Positions 1 to 8,703 of a stretch of DNA of 64,000 nucleotides are shown in pieces. How positions within the stretch are numbered: position 1 is the stretch's first letter; each line of letters begins with the position of its first letter. The notes below the pieces were generated by a model, which saw only the letters and a list, made by a program, of their open reading frames with translations, did no database searches and had not been told where the DNA came from. The stretch is from Parcubacteria group bacterium Gr01-1014_13. GTDB taxonomy: Bacteria; Patescibacteriota; Patescibacteriia; Magasanikbacterales; GWA2-37-8. Where the stretch lies: positions 182,643-246,642 of the forward strand of contig VMGB01000001.1 of assembly GCA_007376295.1 (NCBI GenBank). The letters are read 5' to 3'. A program made the translations under genes and the position numbers.

Positions 1-246
1 CGCCCGCATATTGATACTGGTGATAAAGTTGAAATCCACAATGTTGGTGAAATTCGTTTTACCGGTAAAAAGATGGAGACTAAAGGATTAAGACACCACA
101 GTAATCACCCGGGTGGTTTGAAGACAAAAATGGTTAAGGAATTAATTAAAGAAGATCCAAAACGAATCCTTATCCACGCTATTGGTAGAATGTTGCCAAA
201 AAACAATACTCGTCCACGCAGATTATTGCGTATATCTTTTAAATAA
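1..246 (+). CDS. rplM: 50S ribosomal protein L13, C-terminal part; the 5' end lies outside the window
   Basis: Frame 1 translates to ...HSNHPGGLKTKMVKELIKEDPKRILIHAIGRMLPKNNTRPRRLLRISFK*, matching the L13 C-terminus. Stop codon at 244-246. rpsI follows directly, as in the conserved rplM-rpsI operon. Confidence 0.8.
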   Translation, partial: RPHIDTGDKVEIHNVGEIRFTGKKMETKGLRHHSNHPGGLKTKMVKELIKEDPKRILIHAIGRMLPKNNTRPRRLLRISFK

Positions 247-255
247 AAAACACCT

Positions 256-675
256 ATGACAAAGATTGCAAAGACAAAAGAAAAAGAAGGAGATGTAATG
301 CGTTCTGTTGGACGACGCAAGAGAGCTTCCGCACGCGTACGTTTATCTCCAGGTGAAGGTAAAATTACCGTAAACGGAAAAGATTTTAAAGTATATTTCC
401 CATATTTTGAATGGCAAAATATTATCATGGCTCCACTTACCGCTGTAGGAAAAGATAAAACTTTTGATGTTTCTGCCAAAATTGTTGGTGGTGGTCAAAA
501 GGGTCAAGCAATTTCCATACAGCTTGGTATTGCCCGCGCTTTGGTAAAATGGAATGAAGATTTAAAGAAATCTCTAAAAACTCAAGGATACCTTACTCGC
601 GATGCCAGAATCAAAGAAAGAAAGAAATTCGGTCTCAAGAAAGCTCGCAGAGCGCCACAGTGGTCCAAACGTTAA
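256..675 (+). CDS. rpsI: 30S ribosomal protein S9
   Basis: 139-aa ORF ending ...KKARRAPQWSKR, the S9 C-terminal signature. It sits immediately downstream of rplM. Confidence 0.9.
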   Translation: MTKIAKTKEKEGDVMRSVGRRKRASARVRLSPGEGKITVNGKDFKVYFPYFEWQNIIMAPLTAVGKDKTFDVSAKIVGGGQKGQAISIQLGIARALVKWNEDLKKSLKTQGYLTRDARIKERKKFGLKKARRAPQWSKR

Positions 676-687
676 ATCTCTACCAAA

Positions 688-711
688 AAGACGCTCTTGA
701 AGCGTCTTTTT
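688..711 (+). terminator. Rho-independent terminator after rpsI
   Basis: 8-bp stem aagacgct/agcgtctt with loop cttga, followed by a T-run. Confidence 0.6.
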
Positions 712-737
712 GTAAAATTGCAGTATTATTTAATAAT

Positions 738-1205
738 ATGGAGGTTGAATTACAAAAATTAGCAGAGATTAGAGTTCGGACAGAAGAAGAATATAAAAAG
801 ATAGGCTCAGTTTTTTGTCCTTATTTAAAAAAACAGATTGCTTTTAACGCAAAAGGTTTGGAACATATTAAATTTAAAGGCAGAAATAAAGCTAGAAGTA
901 ATGTGGATCAGTATATACGTTTGCGTTCATTGCCCATTGCTAAAATTATTATAGAATCTTCTCATACCCTACAAGGTTACCAAGAAAGGAATGAAATGGT
1001 AATGATAAAAAAGAAAAAATGGGGCACAATAATGAAACCAGTAAAATATTATGAGTTTGTTGCCGTGTTGAAAAATGTGCGTCTAAGAGTTATTGTTAAA
1101 CAAGTTGAGGGCGGTGAGTTGCATTTTTGGAGCATTATCCCGTTTTGGAGAATGAGTATGCTAGGTACACGGCTTCTTCATAACGGTAACCCAGCAGAAG
1201 ATTAG
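738..1205 (+). CDS. Hypothetical protein, 155 aa; the track start at 660 is a GTG, and ATG 738 (MEVELQ) is more plausible
   Basis: Intact ORF flanked by terminators on both sides. No family recognised. C-terminal motif KYYEFVAVLKNVRLRVIVKQVEGGELHFWSIIPFWR. Confidence 0.45.
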   Translation: MEVELQKLAEIRVRTEEEYKKIGSVFCPYLKKQIAFNAKGLEHIKFKGRNKARSNVDQYIRLRSLPIAKIIIESSHTLQGYQERNEMVMIKKKKWGTIMKPVKYYEFVAVLKNVRLRVIVKQVEGGELHFWSIIPFWRMSMLGTRLLHNGNPAED

Positions 1206-1209
1206 AACA

Positions 1210-1238
1210 AAAAAAACACCATTAATGGTGTTTTTTTG
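1210..1238. terminator. Bidirectional rho-independent terminator
   Basis: A-run, then perfect palindrome aacaccatt/aatggtgtt, then a T7 run. Confidence 0.6.
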
Positions 1239-1417
1239 TAGTGCTATGTGCTACGGTTTACTTATTAACCGTGAGAGGGCCGAAGCCCTACACAAGCACT
1301 AAAGATAGTATACTAAAAACTCGCCATTTTGTCAATATATGTGGATAAACCCCGGTTTGGTTAAAATTCCTGTTAAGTATTTTATTCTTTAAGGTTTTAC
1401 TGTAAAATACAGGCACT

Positions 1418-2866
1418 ATGTCCTCATATACCGTAGCTCAAAACACCTCTTTTCTAACGGTTGCCTCTGTCTTACAGAAGGTAATTTCTTTCTTTTATTT
1501 TATCTTCGTGGCCCGGATGATTCAGGTAGAAAATACGGGGGTATATTTTTTTGCTATTACTTTTACCACCATTTTTACCGTCGTAGCTGATTTTGGCATG
1601 GGCCCTGTACTCACCAGAGAAGCGGCCAGATTCCCAGATAGAGCCGAAAGTTATTTCAATACCGTCTTTTGGACAAAAATGATGTTTGGAGCCGGCGCCT
1701 ATTTGTTGGTAATTATATTCGCCAACATTTTAAAATATCCAGAAACTACTAAGTTGCTTATCTATATTTCCGGTATCACAATGTTTTTTGACAATCTTAC
1801 CACCTCGTTTAACAGTATTTTCCGGGCTAAAAAAAATTTGATCTATGAATCTCTGGGGGTTATTGGTTCTCAGTTTATCACTTTGCTTATTGGTACTTTT
1901 GCTTTACTCAATCACTGGCCGCTTGTCTGGCTTATCTTGGCATATACTATTCCTAGTTTCTTAAACTTAATTTATATCAGTGGTTTTTTAAAAAAAGTTT
2001 ATCGTATCGGTGTTCGTTTTGTTTGGAACAGTGAAGTATTTAGAATTTTTTTGGCCACAGCCTTGCCATTTGCTTTGGCAGGTATTATTGGCCGTTTGTA
2101 TTCGTACAGTGATTCACTGTTGATGTCCAAAATGCTTACAGCCAAAGAGCTGGGGTGGTGGAGTGTGCCGTACAAAATTACTTTTGCTTTCCAATTTATA
2201 CCCGTAGCTTTATCAGCCAGTGTATATCCGGTATTTAGCAGTCTATTTCTTAGTGAAAAGACGGCTATTGGTCCGTTATTTGAAAAATCTTGGCGTTATC
2301 TCTTTGCTGTGGTTTTCCCTGTGGCTTTAGGGTTGATGGCTGTGGCCGATCCGGTAGTAAGGTTAGTTTTTGGCCAACAATATGCTCCATCTGTTGTTCC
2401 TTTACGAATTCTTCTCGTCAGTCTGATTTTTGGTTTTTTGTCGTTTATTACCGGGGCGCTCCTAAATGCCACTAACAAACAAAAAACCCAAACTAAGCTT
2501 ATAGCTAGTGTATTGGTAGTAAATGTTATTTTAAACCTAATTTTATTACCCCGACTACGAATCGATGGCGCAGCTATAGCTGCGTTAACTAGCAACGCCT
2601 TGCTTTGTCTCGGCGGTTTGTATTTTGCTAGCCGACAGGTGTATATAAATTTCAAAAATATTCTAAGGTATATGAATCAGACCTTGTGGCCAGCTTTGGC
2701 CATGGCTGCGGTAGTATATTTTTTGTCTTTCAGAATGCATTACCTGCTTACCATTGTGATTGGTGGTATAATTTATCTAACCCTAATTTGTTTCACCGGT
2801 GTTATTAACAAACAAAATATTTCAATTGTTATTAATAAAATAAAGCTGAAGTCTAAAGTTGTATGA
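1418..2866 (+). CDS. Polysaccharide flippase (MOP/Wzx-like polytopic membrane protein)
   Basis: 482 aa with about 12 predicted TM segments. Head of a flippase-GT4-GT2 cluster. Stop codon overlaps the next start. Confidence 0.7.
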   Translation: MSSYTVAQNTSFLTVASVLQKVISFFYFIFVARMIQVENTGVYFFAITFTTIFTVVADFGMGPVLTREAARFPDRAESYFNTVFWTKMMFGAGAYLLVIIFANILKYPETTKLLIYISGITMFFDNLTTSFNSIFRAKKNLIYESLGVIGSQFITLLIGTFALLNHWPLVWLILAYTIPSFLNLIYISGFLKKVYRIGVRFVWNSEVFRIFLATALPFALAGIIGRLYSYSDSLLMSKMLTAKELGWWSVPYKITFAFQFIPVALSASVYPVFSSLFLSEKTAIGPLFEKSWRYLFAVVFPVALGLMAVADPVVRLVFGQQYAPSVVPLRILLVSLIFGFLSFITGALLNATNKQKTQTKLIASVLVVNVILNLILLPRLRIDGAAIAALTSNALLCLGGLYFASRQVYINFKNILRYMNQTLWPALAMAAVVYFLSFRMHYLLTIVIGGIIYLTLICFTGVINKQNISIVINKIKLKSKVV

Positions 2867-3975
2867 AAACCTTAATAATTACCCTGGAATACCCACCCCA
2901 AATTGGCGGAGTAGCCTCCTACACCTACAATCTGGCCAAAAACATGCCGGTCGCAGATATTGTGGTATATACGGTAAAGATGGATGGAGGCCCAGATTTT
3001 GATAAAAAAAATCAGTGGAAAGTTGTACGTGGCAAACCGTTTTCGCTATTTCTCTGGCCACGTTGGGTTAAGATGCTCGGAGAGATTTGGGGTCTGGTAG
3101 AAAAAGAAAATATCACTAAAATTTATGTACACCACGCATTGCCGGTGGGATATGTGGCGTATCTATTAAAGAAATTTAAAAAAATTCCATACGTTTTGTT
3201 TTTTCACGGCACAGATTTGGATTTGGGTATAAAAAACAAAAAAAATAAATTAAAAAAGATCTGCTTGGCTGCAGAAAAAATTGTGGTCAATAGTAATTTT
3301 TTGAAAAATAAATTCCAGTCCGCTTTTGAAGATCTGAAAAAAGAGATAACGGTTGTTCATCCTTGTCCAAATGATATTTTTTTACAGCCTGTGCCTGAGA
3401 TGGAATTGAAGAAAATAAAATCGCAGTTAGCTCTGGAGGGTAAAAGCGTAATCATCACCGTGGCTCGTATGATAGAGGGTAAAGGTTATCCACACCTTAT
3501 CCGTCTACTGCCAAAGATTTTAGAAAAAGTTCCTAATCTCGTCTGGCTCATAATCGGCGATGGTCCAAAAAAAGATGAAATTATTAAATCTATCCAGAAA
3601 AATTATCTACAAAATGTTACCCGGTTTATCGGTAAACTACCATATACTGAACTGCCCAAATACTACCAACTGGCTGATTTAATGGTCTTGCTTACCCATC
3701 CAGATGAATCCTCGGCCGAAGAGGCCTGGGGCACAGCGTTTGTGGAAGCAGCAGCCTCTGGACTACCTGTGGTGGCTGGTAGAGCTGGAGGGGTAGAAGA
3801 ATCGGTCGCAAATATGCAAACAGGATTAGTAGTTGATGTGTATCAAGATCAAGGCATTATTTCCGCTGTCAGTGAATTGTTGCGAAACCGTGCATTCGCC
3901 AAACAGATGGGCGCAGCAGGTAGAGAACGGGTAATGCGCGAGTTTAATTGGAGTGAGCAATTAAAAAAATTATGA
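2863..3975 (+). CDS. Glycosyltransferase family 4 (GT-B fold)
   Basis: C-terminal motif EAWGTAFVEAAASGLPVVAGRAGGVEESV, typical of the GT4 E-x7-E region. Overlaps its neighbours by 4 nt. Confidence 0.8.
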   Translation: MKTLIITLEYPPQIGGVASYTYNLAKNMPVADIVVYTVKMDGGPDFDKKNQWKVVRGKPFSLFLWPRWVKMLGEIWGLVEKENITKIYVHHALPVGYVAYLLKKFKKIPYVLFFHGTDLDLGIKNKKNKLKKICLAAEKIVVNSNFLKNKFQSAFEDLKKEITVVHPCPNDIFLQPVPEMELKKIKSQLALEGKSVIITVARMIEGKGYPHLIRLLPKILEKVPNLVWLIIGDGPKKDEIIKSIQKNYLQNVTRFIGKLPYTELPKYYQLADLMVLLTHPDESSAEEAWGTAFVEAAASGLPVVAGRAGGVEESVANMQTGLVVDVYQDQGIISAVSELLRNRAFAKQMGAAGRERVMREFNWSEQLKKL

Positions 3976-4697
3976 CCCCGCTAATCAGTGTAATTATTCC
4001 GGTATACAATCATGCCCATACTTTAAAAAGAACTTTAGAGTCTCTTTTTAATCAAACTTACAGACCGCTAGAAGTAATAGTAGTCAATGACGGCAGTACA
4101 GATAATTTTGACGAAGTAGTCAAAGAATGTTTACTTCTTACGGATGGAGATTGTATTGGTGCGGGTAGTGTATTATCTGTAATTTCACAACCAAACAGCG
4201 GCGCGCCAGTGGCGCGCAACCGCGGTTTTGCTATCTCAAAAGGGGAGTATGTAATATTTTGGGATGCAGACACCTTGGCTCATCCGCAAATGTTGCAAAA
4301 AATGTTTGCTTATCTGCAAAAACATCCAGAAGCAAGTTATGCTTACAGCCAATTTAAATTTGGTTGGAAGAGAATAAAAAGCCAGCACTTTGACGCGGAA
4401 AAATTAAAACAGATAAATTATATCGATGTCACTTCGCTTATCCGCCGAGCCGACTTCCCAAAGTTTGATGAATCATTAAAACGTTTTCAAGATTGGGATT
4501 TGTGGCTTACGATGTTGGAGCAAGGCAAAACTGGTATTTTTATTCCAGAAGTGCTTTACGAAAAAGTTGTTGGCAGCAGAGAGGGGATCAGCACCTGGTT
4601 GCCAAGTTTTATGTATCAGTTGCCGTGGAAAACAAAGCAAGTTAAGAAATATGAAGAAGCGAAAGAAATTATTGTAAAAAAACACCATTTGAAATAG
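3972..4697 (+). CDS. Glycosyltransferase family 2
   Basis: N-terminus ISVIIPVYNHAHTLKRTLESLFNQTY...EVIVVNDGSTDN with a DxD-like FWDADT, matching GT-A/GT2. Confidence 0.8.
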   Translation: MTPLISVIIPVYNHAHTLKRTLESLFNQTYRPLEVIVVNDGSTDNFDEVVKECLLLTDGDCIGAGSVLSVISQPNSGAPVARNRGFAISKGEYVIFWDADTLAHPQMLQKMFAYLQKHPEASYAYSQFKFGWKRIKSQHFDAEKLKQINYIDVTSLIRRADFPKFDESLKRFQDWDLWLTMLEQGKTGIFIPEVLYEKVVGSREGISTWLPSFMYQLPWKTKQVKKYEEAKEIIVKKHHLK

Positions 4698-4701
4698 TTA
4701 T

Positions 4702-5049
4702 ATGTTGAATTTAGAAGAAGTTCAGAAAAAAATTATTGCCTTTCGCGATGAGAGGGATTGGAAGCAATTTCATACGCCAAAAGATATGGCCATTTCTTTG
4801 GCGCTGGAAGCGGCTGAAGTGCTGGAGCATTTTCAATGGAAAAATGAAGCAGAAATGAAAGAATATATTGCCAACCATAAAGAAGAGATAGGGGATGAAT
4901 TGGCCGATGTGTTGTGGTGGGTGTTGCTTATGGCCAACGATCTAGGAATAGATATTTTGGAAGCGGCAGATAAAAAGATAGATAAAACCGCATTGAAGTA
5001 TCCCGTGGAAAAATCTAAGGGGAGGCATACAAAATATACGGAGTTGTAA
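4702..5049 (+). CDS. MazG-like nucleotide pyrophosphohydrolase
   Basis: Motifs RDERDWKQFHTPKDMAISLALEAAEVLE and EIGDELADVLWWVLLMANDLGID, the MazG/dCTPase all-alpha NTP-PPase signature. Confidence 0.75.
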   Translation: MLNLEEVQKKIIAFRDERDWKQFHTPKDMAISLALEAAEVLEHFQWKNEAEMKEYIANHKEEIGDELADVLWWVLLMANDLGIDILEAADKKIDKTALKYPVEKSKGRHTKYTEL

Positions 5050-5060
5050 AAATAGAAATT

Positions 5061-5726
5061 ATGACAAAAATTAAAGATATTCCTAAGATAGACAGGCCTA
5101 GAGAAAAACTAATAAAATATGGCCCGGAGAAATTATCTAGTTCAGAATTGTTGGCAATTTTATTAGGTACTGGGGTAAAGGGTGTAAATGTGGTTGAATT
5201 ATCCAATAAAATTTTAAAGAAATTTAGTGGTGAAGGCCTGGCAAGTGCAAGCTTTAATGAATTAAAAAATACTTTTGGTCTGGGTCCTGCTAAAGCCTGT
5301 GAAATCACGGCTTGTTTTGAATTGGGACGCAGATTGCTTAAAGGGAAAAAATTTGCTCTGCTGTTGTCTCCCCAAGAAGTATGGCAAGAGTTAAGGGATC
5401 TCCGGGATCTAAAAAAAGAGCATTTTGTCGTTTTTTATCTTGATACCAGAAATCAGGAAATTAAACGGGATATTATTTCCTTTGGTACGTTAAATGCAAA
5501 TTTGGTACATCCGCGTGAAGTATTTGAACCTGCTATTTTGCATTCGGCAGCACAAATTATCGTGGCTCACAATCATCCTTCGGATAATCCGGAACCGTCC
5601 GAAGAGGATATAGACATTACTAAGCGTTTGGTTGAAGCTGGCAAGATATTGGGGATAGAGGTTCTGGATCATGTGGTGGTGACCAAATCCAGTTTCAGTA
5701 GCCTTAAGGAACTAAGTTTGATGTAA
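5061..5726 (+). CDS. radC: RadC-like JAB/MPN domain protein
   Basis: HhH N-terminal region plus the C-terminal JAB motif HNHPSDNPEPSEEDIDITKRL. Confidence 0.85.
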   Translation: MTKIKDIPKIDRPREKLIKYGPEKLSSSELLAILLGTGVKGVNVVELSNKILKKFSGEGLASASFNELKNTFGLGPAKACEITACFELGRRLLKGKKFALLLSPQEVWQELRDLRDLKKEHFVVFYLDTRNQEIKRDIISFGTLNANLVHPREVFEPAILHSAAQIIVAHNHPSDNPEPSEEDIDITKRLVEAGKILGIEVLDHVVVTKSSFSSLKELSLM

Positions 5727-5729
5727 ATT

Positions 5730-5766
5730 TGACATATTTTAATATGTACGTTATTATGTACATATA
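5730..5766 (+). promoter_or_regulatory. Sigma70-type promoter with overlapping palindromic operator upstream of the Phd/RelE pair
   Basis: TTGACA (5730-5735), 17-nt spacer, TATTAT (5753-5758). The 8-bp inverted repeat ATATGTAC (5743-5750) and GTACATAT (5759-5766) flanks the -10. Confidence 0.5.
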
Positions 5767-5790
5767 GCTAAATAGCTTAAACTATTTTAT

Positions 5791-6150
5791 ATGAATTCTA
5801 AAACAACCATTTCTATCTCTGAAGCCAGAAAAAAAATATTTGATATTGCCGAGGAAGTCCAACGCCCCGGTAATTACTATACCTTTACAGAAAACGGAAA
5901 GCCCAAAGCCGTGCTAATGAGCGCGGAGGAGTTTGAATCCTGGGAAGAAACCCTGGAAGTTAGCCGTATTTTTCCTGATCTAGATAAATATATCAAAGCG
6001 GCCGACCGAGCCGTCAAATCAGGCGAATACAAAAAATGGCCGACTTTGGCCGATGTAATGTCTAATTACGGCTTTGTTGTAGCCGATAAAAGCAAAAAGA
6101 AGTATGAAGTGGGAAGTAAGGTTCGAAAACAAGGCAAGAAAAGAGCTTGA
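5791..6150 (+). CDS. Phd/YefM-family type II antitoxin with a long C-terminal extension
   Basis: N-terminus TISISEARKKIFDIAEEVQRPGNYYTFTENGKPKAVLMSAEEFESWEETLEV matches the Phd/YefM fold. The 3' end overlaps the toxin start by 47 nt. Confidence 0.7.
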   Translation: MNSKTTISISEARKKIFDIAEEVQRPGNYYTFTENGKPKAVLMSAEEFESWEETLEVSRIFPDLDKYIKAADRAVKSGEYKKWPTLADVMSNYGFVVADKSKKKYEVGSKVRKQGKKRA

Positions 6151-6355
6151 GGGAATCCCTGAGGATTTTAGGATGCGCATCCTTGCGTCTCTGCCTGCTC
6201 TGGCAGAGAATCCTTTTATTGGTAAGAAAATGAAGGGTAAGTATACCGGTTGTTACAGTCTGCGCGTCTGGCCATACAGGATAATTTACCGAATATATAA
6301 AAATCTTGTTTTGTTGGTAATTATCCGTATTGGACATAGGCAAGGGGTGTATTAA
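6104..6355 (+). CDS. RelE/ParE-family type II toxin
   Basis: MKWEVRFENKARKELEGIPEDFRMRILASLPALAENPFIGKKMKGKYTGCYSLRVWPYRIIYRI, a canonical RelE/ParE layout. Confidence 0.8.
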   Translation: MKWEVRFENKARKELEGIPEDFRMRILASLPALAENPFIGKKMKGKYTGCYSLRVWPYRIIYRIYKNLVLLVIIRIGHRQGVY

Positions 6356-6370
6356 TACTCTTTTTTTGGC

Positions 6371-7453
6371 TTGAATTTTTGGTGGGAAGCGGGTAACATG
6401 TATATTATGGTAAAAGATAAAAAAGAGCGTATTTTACAAAAAATGTTTATGGCAAAAATTAAGCAAAAAAAACAAAAAATTATTACACCAACGCTGTTTG
6501 ATACGTCAAAGAAAAAGAAAAATCACGAGTTTACTTTCATTGATCTTTTTGCTGGTGTTGGGGGTACAAGATTGGGATTTGAGCGAGCTGGTGGGGAATG
6601 TGTTTTTACTTCAGAATGGGATTCATCTTGTCAAAAAACATATCAAGCAAATTTCGGGGAATTACCTTATGGGGATATAACAAAAATTAAAGAGACCGAA
6701 ATACCAGCCTTTGATATTTTGATCGCAGGTTTTCCTTGCCAGCCTTTTAGTTCAATCGGGAAAAGACAAGGTTTTATGCATGCTACCCAAGGAACATTAT
6801 TTTATGATGTATTAAGAATAATAAAAGGTAAAAAGAATAAAGCTTTTTTACTTGAGAATGTTGGAGGCCTGGTTACTCACGACAAGGGGAACACTTTTAA
6901 AACAATTCTGGAAGCCCTGGATAAGGTTGGGTATAAAGTTTTTTATAAAATTTTGAATGCGGCTAATTATGGTGTGCCACAACACAGAAAAAGAATTTAT
7001 ATAGTAGGGTTTAGGCGTGATTTGTTTAAAGATGAAAATATAGAATTTGAATTTCCTGAAGGTACGAATAATAAAGATTACATAAATAAATATCTCGAAA
7101 AAGATGTTAAAGGCTATTCTATCTCTACGCATTTACAAAAAAATTATCTATTTAAGAAAAAGGATGGCAGGCCAATCATTGTAGACAAAAACTCCAAATT
7201 TCAAATAAAAACCCTTGTATCGAGTTACCATAAAATTCAAAGATTAACTGGTACCTTTGTAAAAGATGGAGAAACTGGCCTCAGACTTTTAACAGAAAAG
7301 GAATGTAAGGCGATAATGGGTTTTCCAAAAAATTTTATAATTCCAGTTTCCAGAACTCAGATGTATAGACAGATGGGTAATTCAGTAGTTGTTCCTGTTA
7401 TAGAAGCGGTGGCGAAACAAATGGTAAAAACATTATCAAAAATAAAAAAATAA
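6371..7453 (+). CDS. DNA (cytosine-5)-methyltransferase. True start may be internal at 6408 or 6443.
   Basis: Motif I FIDLFAGVGGTRLGF, motif IV GFPCQPFSSIGKRQG (the PCQ motif), motif VI ENV, and a C-terminal QMGNSVVVPV. Confidence 0.9.
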   Translation: MNFWWEAGNMYIMVKDKKERILQKMFMAKIKQKKQKIITPTLFDTSKKKKNHEFTFIDLFAGVGGTRLGFERAGGECVFTSEWDSSCQKTYQANFGELPYGDITKIKETEIPAFDILIAGFPCQPFSSIGKRQGFMHATQGTLFYDVLRIIKGKKNKAFLLENVGGLVTHDKGNTFKTILEALDKVGYKVFYKILNAANYGVPQHRKRIYIVGFRRDLFKDENIEFEFPEGTNNKDYINKYLEKDVKGYSISTHLQKNYLFKKKDGRPIIVDKNSKFQIKTLVSSYHKIQRLTGTFVKDGETGLRLLTEKECKAIMGFPKNFIIPVSRTQMYRQMGNSVVVPVIEAVAKQMVKTLSKIKK

Positions 7454-7454
7454 T

Positions 7455-8060
7455 ATGAAAAATAAATCAGATAAAAAAAAGGATGAGGTAAGTCAGAATA
7501 GTTTGCTGGTTGAGTATTTTCAGAATAATCCAAATAAGAGCGTTGCTCATTTTCAGATTGTTCCTTGGGTGACCAATGAATATAAAAAACTTACAGGAAA
7601 ACCATTCGCCGACCCTGATAGAGGGATAAGAAAGTTGCATCAGGAGGGTTATTTGGTAAAGGAAAAAAAAGGTGTGTACCGGTTTGACCCGTCAATGGTT
7701 AAAAAAAGAGAGCTTGAAGATTTTACGCCAGCAATAAAACAGGCAATATTTGAAAGAGATGGATTTAAATGTGTAATGTGTGGTAAAGGAAAAAAAGAAG
7801 GAGTCGAAATACATGCTGATCACATAAAACCAAAGGATTTGGGCGGGAAAGCTACGCTTGAAAACGGACAAACTTTATGCAGTGCGCATAATTTTTTAAA
7901 GAAAAATTTAAAACAGACAGAAACAGGAAAAAAGATGTTTATTAGGTTATACGAATTAGCAAAGGTTTCGGGAGACACTAATTTGGTTAAATTTTGTACC
8001 GATATATTAGAGGTGTTTGAAAAAAATAATATTAATGGGCATATTGAGTGGAAAAGATAG
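7455..8060 (+). CDS. HNH endonuclease, probable restriction enzyme partner of the C5 methyltransferase
   Basis: HNH core CVMCGKGKKEGVEIHADHIKPKDLGGKATLENGQTLCSAHN. N-terminal winged-helix-like region. Starts 1 nt after the methyltransferase stop. Confidence 0.7.
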   Translation: MKNKSDKKKDEVSQNSLLVEYFQNNPNKSVAHFQIVPWVTNEYKKLTGKPFADPDRGIRKLHQEGYLVKEKKGVYRFDPSMVKKRELEDFTPAIKQAIFERDGFKCVMCGKGKKEGVEIHADHIKPKDLGGKATLENGQTLCSAHNFLKKNLKQTETGKKMFIRLYELAKVSGDTNLVKFCTDILEVFEKNNINGHIEWKR

Positions 8061-8063
8061 GGT

Positions 8064-8477
8064 ATGGTTGATGTTCATACCAAAGAACAGCGTTCAAGAA
8101 ACATGGCCGCTATAAAATCACGTAATACAGGTCTAGAAGTCATTGTTTTTAAAATACTTAAAAATAGGAAAGTTTATTTTCAAAAACACTATAAAGGAAT
8201 TACTGGATCACCTGATATTGCGCTTCCGAGAAAAAAGATTGCAATTTTTATTGATGGTGATTTCTGGCATGGTTATAACTTTGCAAAATTAAAAAGAAGA
8301 TTGCCAAAAAAGTTTTGGATACAAAAAATAGAAAATAATATAAAAAGAGATAAGGCTGTCAGGTTAAAATTAAAAAAAGATGGTTGGAAAATAATGAGAA
8401 TTTGGGAGCATGAAATTAAGAAGAAACTGTTGCAGACTTTGGATAAAATTGAGGATTTTTTAAAAAATATAAAATAA
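8064..8477 (+). CDS. vsr: Very-short-patch repair endonuclease (Vsr)
   Basis: MAAIKSRNTGLEVIVFKIL...IAIFIDGDFWHGYNF matches the Vsr FxDGCFWHG core. Vsr classically accompanies a C5 methyltransferase. Confidence 0.85.
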   Translation: MVDVHTKEQRSRNMAAIKSRNTGLEVIVFKILKNRKVYFQKHYKGITGSPDIALPRKKIAIFIDGDFWHGYNFAKLKRRLPKKFWIQKIENNIKRDKAVRLKLKKDGWKIMRIWEHEIKKKLLQTLDKIEDFLKNIK

Positions 8478-8505
8478 AAACCGCCTATTTACGGCAGTAT
8501 AAGTC

Positions 8506-8553
8506 TATCTCTTTACTTGTAAAATCCCCGTAGGGATTTTACAAGTAAAGAGA
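8506..8553. repeat. Perfect 22-bp inverted repeat with a 4-nt loop
   Basis: atctctttacttgtaaaatccc, loop cgta, gggattttacaagtaaagagat. Read directly from the sequence. No T-run follows. Confidence 0.6.
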
Positions 8554-8703
8554 TGTGATGTCAATAACATTACAAAAATTTCAAGTGTAAGTAAAAATTT
8601 TGATATAGAGTTTAATGATTTTTTAGACATCATAAAAGTATCGCTCAAAGGAATTATACCAAATAAAAAAAGAAAAAGCAAGCGATAAATATTAAAACAT
8701 AGT

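Noticed and set aside
2290-3061. Small ORFs 2290-2475 (+), 2296-2655 (-), 2879-3061 (-) within the flippase and GT4 genes
   Set aside because: They are embedded in or antisense to long membrane-protein and GT4 frames. Cys/Arg-rich low-complexity products.
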